Shown piece by piece: positions 51,211 through 58,970 of a stretch of 64,000 bases of DNA. Numbering within the stretch: position 1 is the stretch's first letter; each line of letters starts with the position of its first letter. Source of the DNA: an uncultured virus (IMG/VR IMGVR_UViG_3300029448_000002) (lineage: Duplodnaviria; Heunggongvirae; Uroviricota; Caudoviricetes); the IMG/VR virus record IMGVR_UViG_3300029448_000002; one strand, written 5' to 3'. A program made the position numbers and the translations under genes. A model generated the notes under the pieces. It did not search any database and was not told the DNA's origin. It worked only from the letters and a program-made list of their open reading frames with translations.

Positions 51211-51534
51211 TCAGGACGCGACGTAAGACAATGTTGAACCTGCGGCAGAGGCACATACAAAAACTTTTGACAAGTCATCGACATCAATGAAAACTTCACC
51301 TACTAACGGATATCCATTTCCGGTGGTTACACCCGCATCACTTCCGACAAACATTTCTGTAGATCCGGTAAGATCGGCTTTAAGTCGCACACCAGATTGC
51401 AATGGAAGTGTGTCCGAGAAGGTTGCACCCGCCAAGCCGGGATTTACTACTCCAACGCTGAACGATGGTTGTGATGTGACAACACCAAATTTTGCTCTTG
51501 TGTATGAGCCACCGTGAAATACGTCATTAGCCAT
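51211..51534 (-). CDS. Small hypothetical protein, paralog of the ORF 46703 C-terminal domain
   Basis: SGVRLKA..GYPLVGEVFIDVDDLSKV..SYVAS vs TGVKIKN..AYLLLPGEEVFIELDDIDRL..TYQAS. Confidence 0.75.
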   Translation of the reverse strand: MANDVFHGGSYTRAKFGVVTSQPSFSVGVVNPGLAGATFSDTLPLQSGVRLKADLTGSTEMFVGSDAGVTTGNGYPLVGEVFIDVDDLSKVFVCASAAGSTLSYVAS

Positions 51535-53674
51535 TTTCTTCACCCTTTCTTAAGTTATTGAGAGTTCTGTATACTTTTGCTTCTTTGATTGCACGAAGTT
51601 GTGACGCGGTGACATTTTGCATATCAACGTCCTCCATCGCTCTGATCTGATCAAGATTCACTCGCTTGAGATAGTCACGTTGTTGCTTTGGGGTAAGTTG
51701 TCGGCTTGACTTGTCACCACGCAGAGCAGAGATTCGCCCTTGACGTTTTTTGTAAAGGTCAAAGTTGTCTTTTTCTTGACGCTTTCTCTTTTGAGCAGGA
51801 GTCTCTCGTGGACCAGACATCGCTTGACGCAAGCCCTCTTCGACTTCCTCCTCTTCATTCTTCTTCTTGCCCTTGGCTTTGTAACCACTGGCAAAAGCAG
51901 CACGCCGTTGAGCGTCACTTGCGAAACCCTCTTCAATTGATTGAACAAATTCACCATTGTGAGTCTGAATAATTTTGGCAAACTTTTTTCTTACCGCTGA
52001 GGTGTGCTTTTTGGCATCAAAAGCATAGGTAGTCATTCCTTTTCGCTTGTTGAACGTAGCACCCTCGTAACCGGGGAGTCTGGCATACATTAAGGCTCTG
52101 GTCATTCTTTCGTAGACATTTTCATCGCCCTTGACCATCACTTTGATTTTTGTTCCACGCTCTTCATCAAATTGCACATCCTCACGCATCATTTTATCAA
52201 TTTTTTTGTCACCGTCGGTCGTGCTGTATTTGCCCATATACTTCTTGGCTAATTTTTTTAACTTGGAACCATAGTCAAAGTAAAGTGATATCAATTTATC
52301 TCCGTCAACGGCAAGTTGTGATGTCTGTTTGCCCTGCGACTCAAACTCATTGGCACGAAGAGCAAGACCCTGTTTCTTTGCCTGATGACCAAATGCAATT
52401 GCATCTGATCTATTGTCAAATCTGAAATTCACAATCACTTCTTCTGCTTCATCCAGTTGCACATCTTCCTTGACCGGAATCCTTTTCTTTGCCAAATAAT
52501 CGTCGCCTTGCATTACGTCAATCATCATTTGATGTGCAACTTTTCTAACATTGTCTTTGTGTTTGGTGAGATATTTGCTGATTTGTTTGATGTCACTATC
52601 TTTGTAAAGTTTTGTACCACCATCCTTGTCAAGAAGGTCAAGCACCTCACCGACTTTCGTGCGTTTATGTTTACGCATCACCGATGCAAATTTACGTTCA
52701 ATTTCTGCACTTCTCTTTTTTAGATCAGACCTACTCGGACCAGACCCAGAGAAAGAATCAGGATCATTGATAGACATTCCAAATTCGCCATAATCCTCTC
52801 CGGGCTGTGGGAATCGGAAGTTAGTCTCATCAATCTGCACATCCTCAAACATCTTCGCATCCTTTTCGGCTGCGGCTTTAGTTCTGTGGGGTGATCCCTG
52901 TGGAATGTGTTTTCTCAACTTACGACTGAAAACCATCACTTGAAAGCCTTGTCTTGTTTTTACAACTTTTGGTGCTTCCAACTTGGCATCTTGTCGTGCA
53001 GCCTCAATGTCAAGATAGTCAAAATCGTCACGGCTCTCGTCAAGTTGCACATCTTCATCGAGCAACTTCGCAAACATTTTTCTGACTCTTGGTGGACTAG
53101 CGTCAATCTTGTCTTCCAACTGCCTGCCGTCCACTTGGTGGATGTCTCCCATAGAGTGGTAAAAATCCACTAATGAGTTTGCAAGATTTGTAAAAGATTT
53201 TCTTGCCGGTCCAGACATACTCTTGATTCTGTCTTCCAGTTCGCCACTGTCAAAAGCATCACCAAGTCTCGTAGAGATTGGCTTTTTCTTTTCCTCGTCA
53301 AGTTCCTCCACACCTTCTTTGACAATTTTCATATCACGCAGGATGGTTCCCATATCACTTTGAGCCAAAGACACAGAACCATTGCGGTCAAAAAGTTTAT
53401 ACTTCATACCACGGGGGTTTTCCTTGTCCACAAGAATGATACGACCAACTTTTGATGCACCAACGACACGATGCCCACTCGTCACTTTCAGTGTGATCGG
53501 CTTGCCACCACGGGTGATTGCATTACCAAAGTCAACTTCAATCTCGCTGCCTTTTTTCAACTTATCGTAAATATCTTTTGCTTTTTTCTTATCAATAGTT
53601 TTAACTTCTTCATTCACTTTATTGAGTGGATGATAAAAATCATTGTGATTATTTTGTGGTGGCTTAAAATACAT
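51527..53674 (-). CDS. Putative internal head polyprotein A (about 8 modules separated by EDVQLDE-type linkers)
   Basis: Repeated (K/R/D/F)EDVQ(L/I/F)DE linkers between basic 25-125 aa segments; MYFKPP leader. Confidence 0.75.
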   Translation of the reverse strand: MYFKPPQNNHNDFYHPLNKVNEEVKTIDKKKAKDIYDKLKKGSEIEVDFGNAITRGGKPITLKVTSGHRVVGASKVGRIILVDKENPRGMKYKLFDRNGSVSLAQSDMGTILRDMKIVKEGVEELDEEKKKPISTRLGDAFDSGELEDRIKSMSGPARKSFTNLANSLVDFYHSMGDIHQVDGRQLEDKIDASPPRVRKMFAKLLDEDVQLDESRDDFDYLDIEAARQDAKLEAPKVVKTRQGFQVMVFSRKLRKHIPQGSPHRTKAAAEKDAKMFEDVQIDETNFRFPQPGEDYGEFGMSINDPDSFSGSGPSRSDLKKRSAEIERKFASVMRKHKRTKVGEVLDLLDKDGGTKLYKDSDIKQISKYLTKHKDNVRKVAHQMMIDVMQGDDYLAKKRIPVKEDVQLDEAEEVIVNFRFDNRSDAIAFGHQAKKQGLALRANEFESQGKQTSQLAVDGDKLISLYFDYGSKLKKLAKKYMGKYSTTDGDKKIDKMMREDVQFDEERGTKIKVMVKGDENVYERMTRALMYARLPGYEGATFNKRKGMTTYAFDAKKHTSAVRKKFAKIIQTHNGEFVQSIEEGFASDAQRRAAFASGYKAKGKKKNEEEEVEEGLRQAMSGPRETPAQKRKRQEKDNFDLYKKRQGRISALRGDKSSRQLTPKQQRDYLKRVNLDQIRAMEDVDMQNVTASQLRAIKEAKVYRTLNNLRKGEENG

Positions 53675-54786
53675 CAGTCGTTCTCCTCTGAGATATATTC
53701 ATCAACGTCATAGGTTGCTGTGTTCTCCATTACATCTTTGACTTGCAAGAACATATCCGACAAAGGATCGTAATACTTTCCTGCTTTCTTATCGTAGTAG
53801 TAAACCTGTCCAGACTTTCGGCTGCGGAATGGTCCCTCAAGACCTTCCTTTTCACGATTCGGGAAACGATCTCTGTCAATCGGAGTCACCACCCGACCAC
53901 TTCGACCGACCTTTCCTTGGGCTACCATTTTGTTATAGTGTTGTTTTGCGGACATCTCATCAAGTTCTACATCCTCTTTGACCAGTTGACCAACTTTTGC
54001 ACCGGGAAGTTCTCTTACTTGTTGACCAAACTTCCTCATCTTTTTAGCCTCTTTTTCTGTCATACCAGCAGCAACAATCATATTGTTTGCCACAATCGCG
54101 TGAAACTTTTGTCCGCCCAGACCAGAGACTTTAGCAGGTCGCTTGTAGACTTCGGCTTCGTCAATCTCAACGTGGTCCATCATCATTCTTTCGACATCAA
54201 ACTTGCCGGGATAGTCTTTCACAATCTGGTCAACGACTTTCTTGACGTTACCTCTGTGTCTCTTGAGCAGATTTTGAACAAGAGTGTCATCTTGTTCACC
54301 AACCTTGTAGCCTTTCGCACGCAGCATCTTGAAGACCTTCTCATTATCACTGCCTTTGTATCTCTTCATCATCCTACGATAGGCGGGCGTGCTTTCCATC
54401 AGAGCGTCGTGATTTTTCATCGCATATTCCTCTGCGTCGGATTTATTTTTAAATAATTTTACCTCATTGCCATCTTTGTCAAAAACACAGAACATATCAG
54501 GATTTTTTTTACTTCTTGAAACGTGCTTCCGAGGATCCATTTCTTTTTCTTCATTTAGTTTGCTGGCGTGTGTGTCCATAAACTTGTTCATTTCGGCATT
54601 GTCCTTGAAGGTCATTCTGTAAACACCCTTGCGAACCATAGTGCCACCAGCCTTCTTTCCCTCGGCGTCACTCTTAAAATCAAGTTCTACCGTTACGGCT
54701 TCTTGTATCGCTCGACGCTGTTCTTCAATTGATCTGTGATAAAACGGGTTTGCTGGGTTTTTTCCAGTAGGTGGCTTAAAATACAT
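53674..54786 (-). CDS. Putative internal head polyprotein B
   Basis: MYFKPP leader; AIQE, KLNEE, LMES, HVEIDE and KEDVELDE junctions; C-terminal GLEGPF..YYYDKKAGKYYDP module. Confidence 0.72.
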   Translation of the reverse strand: MYFKPPTGKNPANPFYHRSIEEQRRAIQEAVTVELDFKSDAEGKKAGGTMVRKGVYRMTFKDNAEMNKFMDTHASKLNEEKEMDPRKHVSRSKKNPDMFCVFDKDGNEVKLFKNKSDAEEYAMKNHDALMESTPAYRRMMKRYKGSDNEKVFKMLRAKGYKVGEQDDTLVQNLLKRHRGNVKKVVDQIVKDYPGKFDVERMMMDHVEIDEAEVYKRPAKVSGLGGQKFHAIVANNMIVAAGMTEKEAKKMRKFGQQVRELPGAKVGQLVKEDVELDEMSAKQHYNKMVAQGKVGRSGRVVTPIDRDRFPNREKEGLEGPFRSRKSGQVYYYDKKAGKYYDPLSDMFLQVKDVMENTATYDVDEYISEEND

Positions 54787-55061
54787 TAGTTATCCTTCCG
54801 AGTTGAAAGTTCATTACGAATCCAGATGAGATCCGTTTTAATTTCTGCGAGTTGAGTTTGAATCGTGGTTCGGAGAGCATCAGCATCTTTCATTCTTTGC
54901 TCAAGCATTGAATTTTTTTCCTCAAGAGATGAGATTCGGAATTCCATTGCTGCTGACTTAGCAGAAAAGTTCCAGATAAACACCGATAAAGTTAAAGCCC
55001 ATCCAACGATAGTTGCAATGAAGGATGGGGTGATCCATTTTGTGGTTGTGGTAGATGCCAT
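54786..55061 (-). CDS. Small membrane protein (one TM + coiled coil), possibly holin-like
   Basis: FIATIVGWALTLSVFIW TM followed by a heptad coiled coil; GGAG RBS; late box. Confidence 0.6.
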   Translation of the reverse strand: MASTTTTKWITPSFIATIVGWALTLSVFIWNFSAKSAAMEFRISSLEEKNSMLEQRMKDADALRTTIQTQLAEIKTDLIWIRNELSTRKDN

Positions 55062-55083
55062 TTATAGATTATCTCCGTGATAT

Positions 55084-55116
55084 TATGTAGTATTCTATTT
55101 CCTTGGTGTATACATA
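55084..55116. promoter_or_regulatory. Back-to-back late boxes (TACATA on - at 55084-55089, on + at 55111-55116)
   Basis: Both lie in the 73-bp divergent intergenic gap. Confidence 0.6.
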
Positions 55117-55134
55117 CTTTGTCAGGATTAAAGA

Positions 55135-55362
55135 ATGAAATTGAACAAAAAACAAAACGATGCTTCACACATTGTTCGGTTAAATGAACAGAAAACTTTT
55201 AATACAAATCTTGTCGAAGAAAGACCTTCTGCGTTTGCAGACACGAATGATAGTGATATTGAAGCAACCGAAGTGGCTGATATGCTGATTCGCCAGAATC
55301 AAATCATCAACCGAGCATTACGTCGCACCTATCGTTCACGCATCGCAAGAAAGGCAATTTAA
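55135..55362 (+). CDS. Hypothetical 75-aa protein with basic C-terminus
   Basis: AGGA RBS, late box, TAATG coupling to the next gene; contains RLNE and LVEE. Confidence 0.6.
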   Translation: MKLNKKQNDASHIVRLNEQKTFNTNLVEERPSAFADTNDSDIEATEVADMLIRQNQIINRALRRTYRSRIARKAI

Positions 55363-56447
55363 TGTCAAAAAACGATGATGATGCTTTAAAGGATCTCTTG
55401 GATCCTAAATCGCTGTTGGAACAACTGCGAGAATGTGAAACAAAACAATTCAAAAGTGCCATTGATCTTTTACAAGAATGTGAAGAACGACATCGAAGAA
55501 ATGAAAAGAAACTTTCAAGATTAACAATTGCTGCTTCCGCTGGCGGTGCATTGGTTGGTCAAGAAGCCGTTAATGAGATCGGTCAGATTGTTGGTGTTAT
55601 TGATGGTGTCGTGTCCGGTGATACCGAAGCAATTAGCGAGGCTGCTTCTGGTATCGGTCTTGATCCTGCTGCGATGGGTATGCAGGTCGGACCCAATGGT
55701 GAAATCGTCTTTCCGGGGCTAGGAGGCTTCGGCGGCGGCTTTGGCGGTCTAGGAGGGTCAGGGTCCGGTGTTGGCTCTCAGAACGCTGAGAAAGCCACTC
55801 CGTCCACTGAGGATGAAGAGGACTCGAAGGACGAAGACGAAAAGGGCAAAAAAGATAAAGATAAAGAAGAGGAAGCCGAAGAAGAGGAAGAAAAAGAAGA
55901 AGAAACCGAAGAGGAAGAAGAGGAGTCTGAGGAGGAAGAAGACGAAGAGGAAGAGGACGAAGAGGAAGAAGAACAAGAAGAGCAGCAAGAGGACGAACAA
56001 GAACAGGAACAAGAGCAAGATAACCCCGAACCTGATCCACCATCATCCGATCAGTCTGCAAGCATTCCAAGCATTCCCGACAACACTCAAGAAACGAATA
56101 TTACAGACTATTTTGAAGAAGCCGTCGCTCTAGCGGAAACGGAGGCGATTGATGCACTTATTCAAGACACTCCCGATCTACTTGAAAACTTGCCTGCAAT
56201 CCTCAGATCAAGAAAGCCTGATTCAAGTGAAGTGATTGTGGGTGATTATGACACAAACGACCCGACCCCATCTGTCGTGATTGACGAGATTGTAGAGGAA
56301 GCAGGTGAAAGCGTGGAGGTTCCAGCGTCACCACTCGATGATCCAAATCCACCCCTTGCAGGTATTGGTATTCCAGAACCGGGAATGCTGAGTATTTTCT
56401 TTATCTTGACGTTGCTAAATCTGCGTTTGAGATATCGCCGTTCTTGA
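55362..56447 (+). CDS. Acidic Glu-rich protein with C-terminal PEP-CTERM-like sorting signal
   Basis: Ends IGIPEPGMLSIFFILTLLNLRLRYRRS (PEP + hydrophobic helix + Arg cluster); poly-Glu tract. Confidence 0.75.
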   Translation: MSKNDDDALKDLLDPKSLLEQLRECETKQFKSAIDLLQECEERHRRNEKKLSRLTIAASAGGALVGQEAVNEIGQIVGVIDGVVSGDTEAISEAASGIGLDPAAMGMQVGPNGEIVFPGLGGFGGGFGGLGGSGSGVGSQNAEKATPSTEDEEDSKDEDEKGKKDKDKEEEAEEEEEKEEETEEEEEESEEEEDEEEEDEEEEEQEEQQEDEQEQEQEQDNPEPDPPSSDQSASIPSIPDNTQETNITDYFEEAVALAETEAIDALIQDTPDLLENLPAILRSRKPDSSEVIVGDYDTNDPTPSVVIDEIVEEAGESVEVPASPLDDPNPPLAGIGIPEPGMLSIFFILTLLNLRLRYRRS

Positions 56448-56724
56448 GTTGATCCAGTTGCCTAACTAAAACTTCCCACTCTTCCGGTGTCATTGAAAAA
56501 TCACCCGATGGTACAAAGGGTTTGTCGGCTTCTTCAACACGCGAAAGCACATATTGAATATTACCCTCTTCTGTTCTCTTGGGAACGAAGATTACTCTTT
56601 GTGTAGGTTTGACCTCAACTTCTGAAAAGTTTGGTAATTCGATCAACGGACCTGTAAAGAGCCGAATCAAACTACCGCCTAAAAAACCAATAACCACTGA
56701 ACTTACCACACCACCTAATTGCAT
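56401..56724 (-). CDS. Small membrane-anchored hypothetical protein
   Basis: AGGAG RBS; N-terminal hydrophobic segment GGVVSSVVIGFLGGSLIRLF. Confidence 0.6.
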   Translation of the reverse strand: MQLGGVVSSVVIGFLGGSLIRLFTGPLIELPNFSEVEVKPTQRVIFVPKRTEEGNIQYVLSRVEEADKPFVPSGDFSMTPEEWEVLVRQLDQLKNGDISNADLATSR

Positions 56725-56738
56725 AATGACTCCTAAAA

Positions 56739-57521
56739 TTATGCTAAATCGCCAACTTTCTTGGCTGCACCACGAATTTGTCTAATCATAAACTTTCTGG
56801 GCTGAATTTGTTTCTTTAAATAAAGTTTCGCGTCCCCTGTGTCAGTAGGACCGTGAACAATTTTCTTTGTTTTGCGATCAATCACATATGTCATTGCTCG
56901 TTCTTCACGCAGTTGACCTTTGTATTGTTTTGCTAACTTTTCAATATCGTTTCTTTCGTAGTCATTTGGGTGCATAATGATTTGAACCATCTCTTTGCGA
57001 CCGCTGACATAACGATCTACCTCACTTGCAAGTTTGTCTCTCATAATACGAGATGCAAATGCACCGGCTTTCATTGGGTTGTCAAACGAGAAGACTATTT
57101 CGCTGCCTTCGTCAAGTTGCACATCTTCCTTGATTGCGATCAATCGTGATTTGTATACCTTACCGCCTCGTTTCTGTTCATCCGAATCGCCAAGTTTCTT
57201 TAGGTTGTAGTAATTACCATCAACAGGGAGAACCTCTAGTTCCATAGAATCACCAACTTTGGTTCTCTTTCTCTCATCATCACTCGGAATCTCTTCAATG
57301 AAGAAAAGACCATCACCGGGATTGGCATTTTTCTTGAAGTTCTGCATCATTTTTCTATATTCTTTATCAAAGCCGAACTTCTTGAGTTTGGTTTGAAATT
57401 CAGTGGCTTCTTTACCGAAACCTTTGAACATAATTTTCACGTTTTCGTCAAGATGCGAAGACAAAGGATGGTTGAGATTTTGAAGGGCTTTTTCAAAAAT
57501 TGACTTATGGTTTTCGCTCAT
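56739..57521 (-). CDS. Putative internal head polyprotein C
   Basis: HLDE, IKEDVQLDE and QLREE junctions; one module homologous to a module of polyprotein A. Confidence 0.7.
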   Translation of the reverse strand: MSENHKSIFEKALQNLNHPLSSHLDENVKIMFKGFGKEATEFQTKLKKFGFDKEYRKMMQNFKKNANPGDGLFFIEEIPSDDERKRTKVGDSMELEVLPVDGNYYNLKKLGDSDEQKRGGKVYKSRLIAIKEDVQLDEGSEIVFSFDNPMKAGAFASRIMRDKLASEVDRYVSGRKEMVQIIMHPNDYERNDIEKLAKQYKGQLREERAMTYVIDRKTKKIVHGPTDTGDAKLYLKKQIQPRKFMIRQIRGAAKKVGDLA

Positions 57522-58893
57522 CTGGATCCTCTTTTTCTTGATTTGGGTCGCCTGTCAAAGCAGGATAAAGACCGGGTGTGTCTGCGTCTGGAACATCATC
57601 GTCTGCCGAATCTTCTCCGGGTGCTTCTGGATCATCTGGATTTGAACCAGTACCGGCAATGTCAATATCACCACAAATACCAAAGAATTGACAGAAGAAG
57701 TCTTCCCAACTAAATCCTTGTTGCGTGAACCCACCCGCTGTATTGACATCGGTGGTTGTCATAATGTTATCAATACCAGCCGTGTCCATTTCTTCTTCAT
57801 CGTATTTTTTGTTGAGGTTTTTCAGTGCAGTGCGAAGAGTGTTTCTTTTCTCCTCACCCAATGCACCCATACCACCCATACCTCTTGGATCAAGACCACC
57901 CATCATTCCACCACCTTGTTGTTGACCAAGTGGCTTGCCGGTTCTCGGATCAAGACCTTGCTTCTTCTGGGATGCAATTTCAAGATCCTCACGATTTGTA
58001 AGGACAAGTTCCAGATCATCTGCAAATTTTTGTTTAACGTAATTTACAAGTTCATTTGCAACTTTTTCATCTTTTGTAGAAAATTCTAATTTAAAGGTTC
58101 CGTCACCGGCAGAGTTGTCAATACCACCCGACATTAGGCGGTAGCGATTGCGGATATCTTTGTGAATTCTTTCACCTGTTGTCTGTGGGTTTCCATTGAA
58201 GATTGTAGTAATCATAAAACGAGCGACCTTTGGATCACTGATCGTTCCGATTCCTGTCTTTGACGGTTCCTTGGTTGGCTCAAGACCACCGCTCACCATC
58301 AACTTTTGCAGATTACGCATACGTTGTGTCGGTGCGTCTGCCTGTTGCGGTCTGGGTTGCATACCCTTTCCGGGCATACCGACTTGTGGTTGTTGCTGTT
58401 GCTGTGGTTGTTGTTGCGGCATACCGCCACCGCCCATCATTGCAGCCAATAGATTGCCACCACCCTGTTGCTGCTTAGGTGGTTCAATACCAAGTTGCTG
58501 GAATGACTGTTGAGCAAACTCTTGTGGAATCACCTGTGCCGATTGTTGAGTCTGTTGAATTCTTTGTTGTGCAGCCTTCTTGCCTGCATCATTCATCAAG
58601 AAACCGATGGACTGTGCAGTCTGTACGATTCGATCTTGATCGGCTGCATTGTTAACAATAAACTCTGCCGTGTCGTGAGTCTTGCCACGCAGAGTGATTA
58701 GACCTGCATCCATAAAAGGCTCAAGAAAGTCATTGATCATTTTCTCTTTGACTGCATCGACTTTATCGTTGATGCCACCAACATCCATACCAGCAGGATT
58801 CAGTCCACCGACCTTATTGTCAAAGTCAGGCATTGGAGTCTGAATCCGAATGGCAACTCTTGAGTCTTTTTCAAATGCGTTGTCAAAGTTCAT
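57505..58893 (-). CDS. Hypothetical protein with Q/G/M/P low-complexity tracts
   Basis: Late box 5 nt upstream; poly-Q/G/M tracts; LGEE and YDEEE sites. Confidence 0.7.
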   Translation of the reverse strand: MNFDNAFEKDSRVAIRIQTPMPDFDNKVGGLNPAGMDVGGINDKVDAVKEKMINDFLEPFMDAGLITLRGKTHDTAEFIVNNAADQDRIVQTAQSIGFLMNDAGKKAAQQRIQQTQQSAQVIPQEFAQQSFQQLGIEPPKQQQGGGNLLAAMMGGGGMPQQQPQQQQQPQVGMPGKGMQPRPQQADAPTQRMRNLQKLMVSGGLEPTKEPSKTGIGTISDPKVARFMITTIFNGNPQTTGERIHKDIRNRYRLMSGGIDNSAGDGTFKLEFSTKDEKVANELVNYVKQKFADDLELVLTNREDLEIASQKKQGLDPRTGKPLGQQQGGGMMGGLDPRGMGGMGALGEEKRNTLRTALKNLNKKYDEEEMDTAGIDNIMTTTDVNTAGGFTQQGFSWEDFFCQFFGICGDIDIAGTGSNPDDPEAPGEDSADDDVPDADTPGLYPALTGDPNQEKEDPDERKP

Positions 58894-58898
58894 ATCTT

Positions 58899-58904
58899 TA
58901 TTTA
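58899..58904 (-). promoter_or_regulatory. Late promoter box TAAATA
   Basis: CATAAATA overlapping the micro-ORF stop, 5 nt before ATG 58893. Confidence 0.6.
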
Positions 58905-58970
58905 TGCCATACCAATCTCAGGTGGCGGTCCTTGATCTTCTTCACTTAAAAAACGCTTGAAACTTTTCAT
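58902..58970 (-). CDS. 22-aa micro-ORF with capsid-targeting-like leader (MKSFKRFLSEEDQGPPPEIGMA)
   Basis: Hand-translated; TGATG-coupled to the upstream stop; fills the gap exactly. Confidence 0.55.
   Translation of the reverse strand: MKSFKRFLSEEDQGPPPEIGMA

Noticed and set aside
52163..53056. Spaced 21-nt repeats as CRISPR or attC sites
   Set aside because: Degenerate, in-frame, non-palindromic and 200-380 bp apart; treated as protein linkers.
53743..54456. 237-aa + strand ORF (also 8960-9628 and other shadows)
   Set aside because: Antisense to well-supported genes, with the hydrophobic composition typical of shadow frames.
55633..56133. Lys/Arg-rich and Phe/Leu-rich alternative-frame ORFs
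   Set aside because: Artefacts of the GAA/GAG poly-Glu tract.
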